Source of the DNA: an uncultured Nitrososphaerota archaeon
GTDB taxonomy: Archaea; Thermoproteota; Nitrososphaeria; Nitrososphaerales; Gagatemarchaeaceae
Length of the DNA stretch: 64,000 nucleotides
Direction of reading: 5' to 3'
NCBI GenBank assembly: GCA_963718895.1
Contig: CAVRAG010000004.1
Span: 192,001 to 256,000, forward strand
Shown: positions 18,857-27,366 of the stretch, in pieces
How the letters are laid out: every line of letters starts with the position of its first letter
Numbering within the stretch: the first letter of the stretch is position 1
Notes under the pieces: generated by a model
Told to the model about the DNA's origin: nothing
What the model saw: only the letters and a program-made list of their open reading frames with translations
The model's database searches: none
Translations under genes and position numbers: made by a program

Positions 18857-19934
18857 GCAAGGATTCTCACTCTGCGACGCCTGCGCCGAGAGACAGGGGG
18901 ACGCGGTGGACTTCGGTCGGGCTCGAAGCCAGGACTGCTACATCTGTCGCGGCCTGACATCGCGGCTCCCTGACATAGAGCGGAACGTCGTTCGTCGCAC
19001 ACTCGGCTACCAGTTCACGACGTTCTCCGTCGGAGTCATAGTTCCCCGAGGGATACAGGAGAGAGAGGACCAGCTGCGGTCTGACCTCAAGATACGCGGG
19101 AGAGAGCCCATCAAGTCCCAGCTGGGCAGGGGAATCTCGGACTTCGTGAAGAGACGTACGAAGGGAAAGGTCGATCGCCAGCATCCCGAGATCACAATCC
19201 TGGTCGACCTCGACCGTGACGCCGTCGCCGTGACGGCAAAGTCAATCTTCGTCTACGGCAGGTACACCAAGCCCTCGGGAATCACACAGCGAAGGGAGCT
19301 GTGCGAGAGATGCAGAGGCAGGGGCTGCGAGGCGTGTGAATCCGGCTATAAGAAGGAGGTGAGCGTCGAACGGGTCCTGGAAGATAGGCTCGGCAAGATT
19401 CTCCGCTCCACAAAATCGAAGTTCACCTGGCTCGGAAGCGAGGACGCCGAGAGCGCCGTCTTCCCTCCCGGGCGTCCTTTCATCGCCGAGGTCAAAGACC
19501 CGAAGAAGCGCGCCGTGCCTTCCCGTCTGGTCGCTCGAACGGGGAAGGGGGCCATGAAGGTCACTGGACTGAAGTTACTCAAGGGAAAGCCTACGTCCAT
19601 CCCTTCGTTCACGTTCAAGACGAGAGTCTTCATCGAGCCAGAAGGACGTATTGAAGAGCTCCCGGCAGGCCTGGCGAAGGCCATGAAGGGTGCTCCCATC
19701 CAGTTCAGGAACAACAAGGGCAAGACGGTCTACAAGAGGGTCTACTCGGTGAAGATCCAGGAGCGGAACCCTGGCCTGGTGGCTGAGATCAAGCTCGACG
19801 GTGGGCTGCCGGTCAAGCGGCTCATAAGCGGCGGGTCGGTCTCCCTCTCCCTCGCCGAACTCCTCAGGACCCCGTTGAACTGTCAAAGGTTCGACATACT
19901 TAGAGTCTGGGAGTCAGGAAAGTTCAAATTCTGA
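18846..19934 (+). CDS. pus10: tRNA pseudouridine(54/55) synthase Pus10 (divergent)
   Basis: N-terminal CxxC...CYIC, YGRYTK, GSED...GRPF and DGGLPVK motifs; conserved position before rpl21e. Confidence 0.85.
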   Translation: MADKQGFSLCDACAERQGDAVDFGRARSQDCYICRGLTSRLPDIERNVVRRTLGYQFTTFSVGVIVPRGIQEREDQLRSDLKIRGREPIKSQLGRGISDFVKRRTKGKVDRQHPEITILVDLDRDAVAVTAKSIFVYGRYTKPSGITQRRELCERCRGRGCEACESGYKKEVSVERVLEDRLGKILRSTKSKFTWLGSEDAESAVFPPGRPFIAEVKDPKKRAVPSRLVARTGKGAMKVTGLKLLKGKPTSIPSFTFKTRVFIEPEGRIEELPAGLAKAMKGAPIQFRNNKGKTVYKRVYSVKIQERNPGLVAEIKLDGGLPVKRLISGGSVSLSLAELLRTPLNCQRFDILRVWESGKFKF

Positions 19935-20118
19935 CGATCATGGCAAATACGGGAAGAATCCACCTCAATAGGCCTCACCCGAGCTTGTTCTGGGGCCATC
20001 CTACGCCCTTTTTCAGTCAGAGGGGCACACGATTCCTGCTCCGTTCGGTGCTCGTCAAGAAAAGCTTTAATGAAGAAGGAAATCAGGTGGGTTTTCTCGG
20101 ACGAGTTGAAAGTAGAAT

Positions 20119-20403
20119 TTGGGAAGATCTAAGGGGTATCGCAGGCGCACGAGATCGCTGCTTAAGAAGAGCAACCTCGGCGGTTTGAGCAGAATCCTCA
20201 GGGACTACTCTATTGGTCAGAAGGTCGTGATTAAGATCGACTCCACCCAGGTCAAGGGCATGCCTCACCGAAGGTTCGCCGGTCTTGTTGGTGTCGTGAC
20301 GGAGGTCGGAGTGCGGGCACTGAAGGTCGATGTCCCCGTAGGCGATAAGGTGAAGACCGTCATCGCAAGGAAGGAACATATCGCGCCTCTGGAGGGGTCT
20401 TGA
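20119..20403 (+). CDS. rpl21e: 50S ribosomal protein L21e
   Basis: SKGYRRRTRSLL and KGMPHRRF.G motifs. Confidence 0.96.
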   Translation: MGRSKGYRRRTRSLLKKSNLGGLSRILRDYSIGQKVVIKIDSTQVKGMPHRRFAGLVGVVTEVGVRALKVDVPVGDKVKTVIARKEHIAPLEGS

Positions 20404-20798
20404 TGTCTGAGCCACGCGAGAAGAAGATACTCACGCTCAGCGAAGCGCACCAGATCCTTGAGAAGATAGACGTGGAGAAGGCGGACCAAATCCAGAAGCG
20501 GACCCTCGACTACACCTCGAAGTTTGCGAAAATCACGGTGGAAAGCGCGAAGAAGCTGCGCAAGCAGCTCGAGACCGACTGCGACCTTAGTCCAGAGGAA
20601 GCCGTAGAAGTAATCAACATCATGCCCAAGTCAATCGAGGAGCTCCGGACGTTCACTGCGGGATGGAGGAAGCTTCTGCCGACCGAGACCCTCGAGAAGA
20701 TGCTGAAGATCCTGAAGTCGGCAAAGGAAAGCTGTAGTCGGTTCCCGCCTCCGCACTCGGCCAGCGCTCTCAACGGCGTAGCCGCAAGATTGGATTAA
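20403..20798 (+). CDS. rpoF: RNA polymerase subunit Rpo4 (RpoF)
   Basis: QKRTLDY..KF and INIMP.S..ELR motifs plus synteny. The C-terminal ~20 aa look like a non-homologous extension. Confidence 0.9.
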   Translation: MSEPREKKILTLSEAHQILEKIDVEKADQIQKRTLDYTSKFAKITVESAKKLRKQLETDCDLSPEEAVEVINIMPKSIEELRTFTAGWRKLLPTETLEKMLKILKSAKESCSRFPPPHSASALNGVAARLD

Positions 20799-20925
20799 GA
20801 TTATATAGCAAGGCGCCGCATAAAATTTACTGGTTCGAAGGGCATGCACACCGGTCTTGACTCGCGCATGTGCGTACCAGTGCATCTTGCGCGGCGGATG
20901 AGATAGAGGAGAGTGTGCCCGATAG

Positions 20926-21483
20926 ATGCTCGCGAACGAGAAGAGATACGAAGAGTTCGCCTATGTTCTTGATTTCCTATCGCAGGGACAATCTGTGGTG
21001 ATAAAGGGCAGAGAGGGTTCGATAGTTCAGGCCATCGGAGAGGAGAGGCTCACTCTCCTCGAACTGCTCGCAGCAGACGACCTGGACTTCGAGTTGGGCG
21101 AGCGGCTGAGGATAGGGAGGGAGGGCCGTGACAAGATACTGAGCGTGCTCGGGAAGCTGTCATACGAGGAGCTGACCCAGGAGGCGAAGTCCGAGCTGCC
21201 GAGCGTCTGCGAGGAGATAGTCAAGCGCAACGAAGCAAGATACGTGGCTTACTTCAACGAACTGCAGCCGCTCACGCCCCGGCTGCACGGACTTGAGCTG
21301 ATCCCGGGGATAGGGAAGACGTTCATGAAGACCATCGTCGACCTGCGGGAGAAGCAGCCCTTCACCTCGTTCGAAGATATCCAGAATCGTGTAGGACTGA
21401 GAGAGCCGGCCAAGCTGGTCGCAAAGAGGATTACGGAAGAGATCTCCGGCGATTCGAGGATAAACATCTTCGTCAAAAAGTGA
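20926..21483 (+). CDS. DUF655 family RNA-binding protein
   Basis: EEFAYVLDF, QAIGE..LTLLE, RLHGLELIPGIGK and FTSFEDI motifs. Confidence 0.93.
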   Translation: MLANEKRYEEFAYVLDFLSQGQSVVIKGREGSIVQAIGEERLTLLELLAADDLDFELGERLRIGREGRDKILSVLGKLSYEELTQEAKSELPSVCEEIVKRNEARYVAYFNELQPLTPRLHGLELIPGIGKTFMKTIVDLREKQPFTSFEDIQNRVGLREPAKLVAKRITEEISGDSRINIFVKK

Positions 21484-21504
21484 GGACCACCAGCAAGGGC
21501 CATC

Positions 21505-22245
21505 ATGTCCCCCCAAAGACAGGGAAGAAGGAGGGCGCTCGGGCAGCACTACCTAATCGATTCGTCGGTGGCGGCCGAGATGGTCAGGCTGGCCGCAATC
21601 GGGCAGAACGACAGGGTCTTGGAGATAGGAACCGGGAAGGGCGCGCTCACCTTCCTATTGGAAGGCCTATCGAGTCACTTTGAGGCGTTCGAGCTCGACA
21701 GGGCCAACTACCTCGCGACGAAGGGGCTGGGCTTGGAAAACCTCGTGCTCCACCTGGGAGACGCGTTTGCGGACTCCAGAGAATTCGACATCCTGGTCTC
21801 CAGTCTCCCATACTCGGAGTCCTCTAACTTCGTCGAATGGCTCGGCAGGCATCGCTATGAGAGAGCGGTCGTCCTGCTTCAGAGGGACTTCGTCGACAAA
21901 CTGCTGGCCAGGCCCGGGGATGGCAGGTACAGGGCGATATCGGTGATTTCACAGATTTCTTCGGAGGTCAGGTCAGAGCTGAACGTTGCGAGAGAGTCCT
22001 TCGACCCGCCGCCCAAGGTTTCGTCGGCGGTCGTCGTCATAAGACCGAGACGCACGCTCTCTTTGCGGGACATCGGGCTGGTGAAGCTCCTGTTCTCTCA
22101 GAGAAGAAGGAAGCTGGAAGGCGCACTGAAGCAACTTGATCTCAAGCTCGGGGGGACGCGTTCAGACCATCTCTCCAAGAGAGTCCAAGCCCTTTCTCCC
22201 TCGGAGTTCTTGGACATCCTCAAGCAGATAGAGGGAGGTGTGTAA
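21505..22245 (+). CDS. rsmA: 16S rRNA adenine dimethyltransferase KsgA/Dim1
   Basis: LGQHYL, VLEIGTGKG.LT, SSLPY and F.PPPKV.S motifs. Confidence 0.92.
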   Translation: MSPQRQGRRRALGQHYLIDSSVAAEMVRLAAIGQNDRVLEIGTGKGALTFLLEGLSSHFEAFELDRANYLATKGLGLENLVLHLGDAFADSREFDILVSSLPYSESSNFVEWLGRHRYERAVVLLQRDFVDKLLARPGDGRYRAISVISQISSEVRSELNVARESFDPPPKVSSAVVVIRPRRTLSLRDIGLVKLLFSQRRRKLEGALKQLDLKLGGTRSDHLSKRVQALSPSEFLDILKQIEGGV

Positions 22246-22280
22246 ATCATATCAAGCGGGCCTGACGCGCTCAGGATGGC

Positions 22281-23000
22281 TTGAGACTTGAAAAGGTCAC
22301 GGTGACCCTGGTCGGGTCCGAATTCCCGATCAATGTAGGTTACGCTGCCAGGCTGGTCAAGAACTTCGGCGCACGAAAGCTGTATCTGATCGAGCCCAAC
22401 TTCGACCGTCGAGTGGCGTCGGTCTACGCTGCGCACGGAGCGGACGTCTTGCAAGATGCCGAAGAGATAGACTTTGACCTCTTGAGGAGGAGGCACGACC
22501 TGTTGGTAGGCACGACGGCGGTGACTGCAATCAGAAGGGCAAACGTTGACAGGCTGAGCCTGAGCCCCGAAGAGGTCGCGGGTTACGTGTCATCCTCGAG
22601 GTCCGCCTCGCTTGTCTTCGGGAGGGACACCACCGGCCTCAGGAACGACGAGCTCGCGAGATGCGACCTGGTTACCAGCATAGGCACAGGGACGGGCTAC
22701 AGGACTCTCAACCTCAGTCATTCTATGGGCATACTGCTCTACGTGCTTTCGAAATCAGGGATAGAGAGAAGGCGGCTTCCTAGCCTCGGCGAACGCGACG
22801 CTTTTGCCGCTTACGCGTACGAACTTGCGGTGGCTTCGGGGATGCAGAGACACCGTGCCGAGAGGCTCAGGAAACTCGCCAAGAGGATGACCCTCCGCTC
22901 GCAGCTCGACGGGAAGGAGCTGGGCCTCCTAGTCTCTCTCATGCGAAAAGCGACCGGCGCGATATCCGGAGAGGCCGATCAGATGCGTTCGAAGACGTAG
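22281..23000 (+). CDS. trmJ: TrmJ/SPOUT RNA methyltransferase
   Basis: NVG..AR..KNFG, VFGRDTTGL.N.EL..CD and Y.TLNLSH motifs. Confidence 0.88.
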   Translation: MRLEKVTVTLVGSEFPINVGYAARLVKNFGARKLYLIEPNFDRRVASVYAAHGADVLQDAEEIDFDLLRRRHDLLVGTTAVTAIRRANVDRLSLSPEEVAGYVSSSRSASLVFGRDTTGLRNDELARCDLVTSIGTGTGYRTLNLSHSMGILLYVLSKSGIERRRLPSLGERDAFAAYAYELAVASGMQRHRAERLRKLAKRMTLRSQLDGKELGLLVSLMRKATGAISGEADQMRSKT

Positions 23001-24031
23001 ACGAGTCGCCTGATCCAGCGGGTGTTCTCATGAGCGATTCTTACCGGATACTCGAACGGCACCTGAGAGGGTTGAAACTCTGCGAGCCCTGCGGCGCCGA
23101 CACCCTCCAGCAGGACCGAGACGTCCCTGCCCTCTGACGTCCGCAGGGAAGGCGCGACTATTACGACTCTCCCTCCTTTGCGCACAGTGGAGGCCATCGA
23201 GTAGAGCGATTCGGAGTACAGCCTGCTGGCGTTTCGGATCATCTTCCTGGCCTTGTCAAGGGTCGGGACTGCATCAATCTTTGGAAGCAGGATGGGCTCG
23301 GTGACGACCGCGTCGACCTGGACCCCGTCCATGACCGTCTCGAGCCTCGTGGAGTCTCCAACCTTCAGCGAGTATGGTTTGCCCGAGGCCTTGAGCGTCT
23401 TGGAGAGCCATTCCAGGTTCTGCCTGCTGTTCTCGATGCGGTTCCTGTCCCGGTCCACCCCAATACAGCTGAGGCCGGCCATCATCGCCTCTGCAAGTAT
23501 GGTGCCCGAGCCACAGAACGGGTCCAGGACGACCCCGCCTTTCCGCACACCGCTCAGGTTCAGCAGTAGTCGCGCGAGCCTTGAGGATATGGAAATCTGC
23601 GAGCTCACTACCGGTCTCTCGTTCGACCTAACCTGGAACTGCTGAGAGTCAGGCACGTAGAAGGTCGCGCCCAGCCAGTACTTCTCGCCGAGCCTGAGCA
23701 CGACGAAGTCGATTATCTTTCGGGAGGCGATTTCTCTGGTGAGCACCTCGGTGCCGCTTCTCGGTCTCACCAAGTTTGCCTTTCGGAACCCCGCTTCTCT
23801 GACAGCGGACAGGAGCGCGGATAGGACCTCCTCGTACTCCGATTCTCCGGTGCCTTCTGGAGAATACAGGCTGACGGAGAAGTTGAAGCCGTCGTCGAAT
23901 CCACCGAGGAAATCGTCCAGCTCCTCGAGATCGTCGAGCCTTGCTCGTGGCTTTTGCGTTATTGCGGCCGCCACCTTATGGACGCCGGCGAGGTTCTCGT
24001 AACCTCCTCTGGCGTCTCTGAGCTGCAACAT
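22979..24031 (-). CDS. Trm11/UPF0020-like SAM-dependent RNA methyltransferase
   Basis: RLARLLLNL, VLDPFCGSGTIL.EA and DAVVTEP motifs. The frame stays open upstream to about 24170, so the true start may be earlier. Confidence 0.85.
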   Translation of the reverse strand: MLQLRDARGGYENLAGVHKVAAAITQKPRARLDDLEELDDFLGGFDDGFNFSVSLYSPEGTGESEYEEVLSALLSAVREAGFRKANLVRPRSGTEVLTREIASRKIIDFVVLRLGEKYWLGATFYVPDSQQFQVRSNERPVVSSQISISSRLARLLLNLSGVRKGGVVLDPFCGSGTILAEAMMAGLSCIGVDRDRNRIENSRQNLEWLSKTLKASGKPYSLKVGDSTRLETVMDGVQVDAVVTEPILLPKIDAVPTLDKARKMIRNASRLYSESLYSMASTVRKGGRVVIVAPSLRTSEGRDVSVLLEGVGAAGLAEFQPSQVPFEYPVRIAHENTRWIRRLVYVFERI

Positions 24032-24256
24032 CGCGACGTCTTCCCACAGCTGCTCCGAACTCGAGAGCCTATCTCTGAGAAGAGTGCACGCCTCCAGATA
24101 GGACAGGTTGCCGAAGGCCAGGATCGAGCGCGAGCTTCTTGTTAGCGGTCGAGGTATGGGGAAGTAGATACGGCAATCTGGTGCAAACGAATTCGGATGT
24201 TAATTAAGGGTATTCGCAGGGAGCGCGAGTGTGGTGTCGCTGTTCATGGCCGGACT

Positions 24257-24910
24257 TCACTCCTGAGATACAGACACCGCTGTGACTTCGCTCGCGGGCC
24301 GACTTGTCTCTCGTTCGGACCAACCATGTCTCGTCCTCCGCGCTGTTCTTCTCGATTGTACTCTGAGGACCTTCCTGAGCCGCCTGCACTCTCTCCGGAT
24401 TGTAGGCTCCTTCACCCCTGCGGCCTCTGCCGCTCTGCTCTGGGTCATCCACTGGCCGTCGAGCAACGACGCCAGGTAGAGCGCCGAAGCCGCGAGCCCG
24501 CTTGGGTACGCGCCGGCAGTTATGCCCGCCTGAGCGGCTTCCGAAAGGATTCCGCGGGCGTCCTCCTCCACCTTTCGGCTCGCATTCGCTCTTGATGCAA
24601 TCCTTGCCAGGCATTCGGTGGAGTCTGCAACGGGGATCCTGAGCTCCAGCTCGTTGACCAGCATCCTGTAACACCTAGCTAGTTCTTTCTTACCCACGCC
24701 GCTGGCCACGACGATATCCTCAAGGGTGATCGAAATCCCCTTCTCCCTGGAGGCTGCATATAGCGACGAAGCCGCAATTAGGACGAGCGGCCTCCTATTC
24801 GCGAGACCCCTCTTTAGACTCCGCGTGCATATTCGGGCAGCCTCGTCCGTGGCCTCATCCGGGAGAGACAGCCTCTCGGAGAACCTGCGCAGTTCTTCGA
24901 GAGCACGTCC
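24257..24910 (-). CDS. TFB (TFIIB) core-domain paralog lacking the zinc ribbon; possibly a pseudogene
   Basis: Two cyclin repeats (AASSLYAASRE...TLEDI; GAYPSGLAASALY...TQ..AAEAAGV.E.TIR). Frame open upstream of 24709 without an ATG/GTG/TTG. Confidence 0.75.
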   Translation of the reverse strand, partial: GRALEELRRFSERLSLPDEATDEAARICTRSLKRGLANRRPLVLIAASSLYAASREKGISITLEDIVVASGVGKKELARCYRMLVNELELRIPVADSTECLARIASRANASRKVEEDARGILSEAAQAGITAGAYPSGLAASALYLASLLDGQWMTQSRAAEAAGVKEPTIRRECRRLRKVLRVQSRRTARRTRHGWSERETSRPASEVTAVSVSQE

Positions 24911-24914
24911 TGCC

Positions 24915-26334
24915 TCAGGCCTTTCGGATCCAGGGTCTCTTGACGACGACGAAGCCTATCGCCAGCCCGGCCAACAGCAGGAAGACCATCAGCATGTATG
25001 CCCAGCCTGGTACGATGGATGTCGTCTGCGTCACGGTGGTGGTCGCCGTGTTGGTCACTGTCGACGCCTGTCCTGTGACAGTCTGAGTGTTGGTTATCGT
25101 GGAAGCCTGTCCCGTGACGGTCGCTGTCGAGATTGCCGTGTTGGTCACTGTCGACGCCTGTCCTGTGACAGTCTGGGTCGAAGTCACAGTCGCTGGGGAC
25201 AGAGTGGTCGTGACTGTCGTCGGAGGGGTACTCGTGGCCGTCTGGGTGGTGGTCGTAGCGGTAGTTGTGGTTGTGGTTGTGGCCGAGGTCTGGTATTCGA
25301 ACGTCATCGTCGCCGTCAAGCCGTTGGAGTCGGTGGCCGTTATGAGGTACGGCCCTGACGTCCACGGATGGGAACCACCCACGTTCGTGGTGTAGGAGAA
25401 GTTGCCAGAGGCCGTGACCGCCTGGGTCGAGGAGTCCATCACCGTCGATGATCCCCGCAGTTGCACCGTGATGGAGACGCTGTCAGGGAGCGCTGGAGCT
25501 GGGTAAATCATCCCGGAGATGGTGTAGGCCTGAGCGGCCAAGAGCGACGCTCCAAGGGACGGGCTCGTGAAGGTTATCCCGACAGCGGTGGTCGTAGCGG
25601 TCGTTGAGGTGGTCGCTGTGGTAGACGACGTGGTCGTTGACGTGGTCGAATGCGATGTGGATGATGTCGAAGTGCTCGATTGAGTTACCGAAGTCGAGGT
25701 GGAAGACTTTGTTGAGGTGGTGGATGTTGTTGAAGTTGTTGATGTCGAGGATGTCGACGTCGTCGAGGTGGTTGACGCTGTTGAAGTGGTGGATGTTGTC
25801 GAGGTGGTGGTGGACCCGCCGGTCACCTGAATCGCGATTGGCTGCAAGAGAGTGCCCTGCGCGTAGAGAGTGAGCACGTAGTTGCCAGAAGTTGTCGGCG
25901 CGGTTATCTTGTAGAGCGCCAGGATGCCTCCTGCGGTCTTGTTGAGGTCAGCGGCAGAGTTGTCAGTGACCTGGGTCGGAGAGAAGGTGAACTTGGCATT
26001 GTCAGTCTGGTTGTTCTCCCATTGCTGGATCTCTGGGACGACGCCCGTGGCGTGCGCGTTGTTTGTGTAGATGAGGAGGTGGAAGGTGCTTCCTGCGTTG
26101 AACGGGCCAAAAGAGATCCCTCCGTTCCCGTCTCCGGTGGCGTTGACGAAGACGCCGATGCCGTTGTTGTGGCACCAGCAGCCCTGGTCGAACGTCAGGG
26201 TCGCCGTGCGAGAAGCCTCCAGTCATCCAGACGCCGGACGTAACAGTAGCGACACCGAAAAGCAATATCGCAAGAGTGATGATGTACATGCTTCGTCTGT
26301 TCATTTTAGATTTGACCTTGAACTCGACTGCCAA
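24915..26334 (-). CDS. Large surface protein with CxCH motif, Ser/Thr linker, Ig-like domain and C-terminal anchor (frameshift near 26215)
   Basis: Joining the 26334 signal-peptide ORF to the 24915 frame gives ...DQGCWCHNNG... through VPGWAY-TM-KRP. Confidence 0.75.
25045..25175. repeat. Intragenic repeat encoding TVTGQASTVTNT units
   Basis: Exact 41-bp copies at 25045-25085 and 25135-25175 with a degenerate copy between. Confidence 0.85.
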
Positions 26335-26369
26335 TTCGTTCCACTGGGAAAAACAGGGGACGGAAGAGC

Positions 26370-26410
26370 GTACTTAACCTGGAGGAATTATTTGCACGAA
26401 GATGCACCCA
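26370..26410 (-). promoter_or_regulatory. Duplicated promoter block, copy 1
   Basis: 35/41 identical to 29178-29218; contains TATA-like TTAAGTA. Confidence 0.8.
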
Positions 26411-26653
26411 CTCCTGAGCCAAAACAGCCTTTCAGGCCGTCGGGTCGAAACCCGTGGGACCCGCCCCCTCCGTTCCATATCCTCCGTTCTACTTGTTCGG
26501 TCCCACAGTCGTATCGCATCCAGAGCGTTCTCTAGGCGTGCTTGACGGTACGACCGCACCACCTGGTCCGTCTCTCGCCGATGAGAGGAAGGAAAGTAGG
26601 AGAGAAACTGACCAGGAGTCTGGCAGCTCCGATATCACGTCTGGATAAGATTC

Positions 26654-27331
26654 CTAGGCGATGCCCATGCAGGCCTTACACTGGGCGAGTTCAACTCTAA
26701 GGTCTTCGTCCTTTGCTATTGCAATGGTAGTTCGGTGAATCTTGTGCTTCGCCTTCCAAACGACGAATTCGTAGCTGTCCCTCGGCAGCGCCACCTTAGC
26801 CACTCCGGATTCATCGGTATAGGTCGTATGGAGTCCCAGTCTGACATAGGCGCTGTCAACGGGCAGCCGTGTGTTTTCGTCCGTCACACCCACGGTGACC
26901 GTGCACTCGGGCGGCTTCGTCGTGCTAAGCCCGAAGCGCTGACTCGCTTCAATATGCTGGAAATTGGCGACCGATTCCTGGGGAAATCCAGCAGACCATC
27001 CATGGTACCCTCCGTCAACCGGTGCTCTCATTTCCACCTCGGCCCAGTACAGATCTGTAGTTCCGCCCCAAGGATCAGGGCCGAGAGTGCCCGTTGCCAC
27101 TCTCTTCCCTGCACCATCGAGCACTTCGACTGTGGCTCCTGAAAGAACGCACCCATCGTCACATCTGACGCCTATCCTGGGGTTGAATCTCACACCGAAC
27201 TCGATTGGTGTGGGAACGTTCCAGACCGCCATGCTTGTGCGGTGCTTCTTTACCACGGCGGGGGACGCAGAAGAGCTTTCACTCTCCCGCGCTCCTTCGA
27301 GTCCTTCCGTCAGTGCCGTGGCGTTCTGCAT
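26654..27331 (-). CDS. Carboxypeptidase-regulatory-like (beta-sandwich) protein with C-terminal CxxC
   Basis: V.V.D..T..PV..A.V......YTDESG.A pattern; ends CKACMGIA. Confidence 0.65.
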   Translation of the reverse strand: MQNATALTEGLEGARESESSSASPAVVKKHRTSMAVWNVPTPIEFGVRFNPRIGVRCDDGCVLSGATVEVLDGAGKRVATGTLGPDPWGGTTDLYWAEVEMRAPVDGGYHGWSAGFPQESVANFQHIEASQRFGLSTTKPPECTVTVGVTDENTRLPVDSAYVRLGLHTTYTDESGVAKVALPRDSYEFVVWKAKHKIHRTTIAIAKDEDLRVELAQCKACMGIA

Positions 27332-27366
27332 CCGTCTTCACTTGCTCGTTCGCAGGCTGCAGCTTG

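Noticed and set aside
19940-20110. Hairpin followed by ACA between pus10 and rpl21e as an H/ACA RNA
   Set aside because: Short stem with no convincing K-turn or pseudouridylation pocket.
25580-25815. Ser/Thr codon repeats (also near 40000-40260 and 52140-52500) as DNA repeat arrays
   Set aside because: Low-complexity linker coding with varied synonymous codons, not a nucleotide-level array.
26170-26185. GCWCH as a canonical c-type heme site
   Set aside because: The spacing is CxCH, not CxxCH; kept only as a possible variant site.
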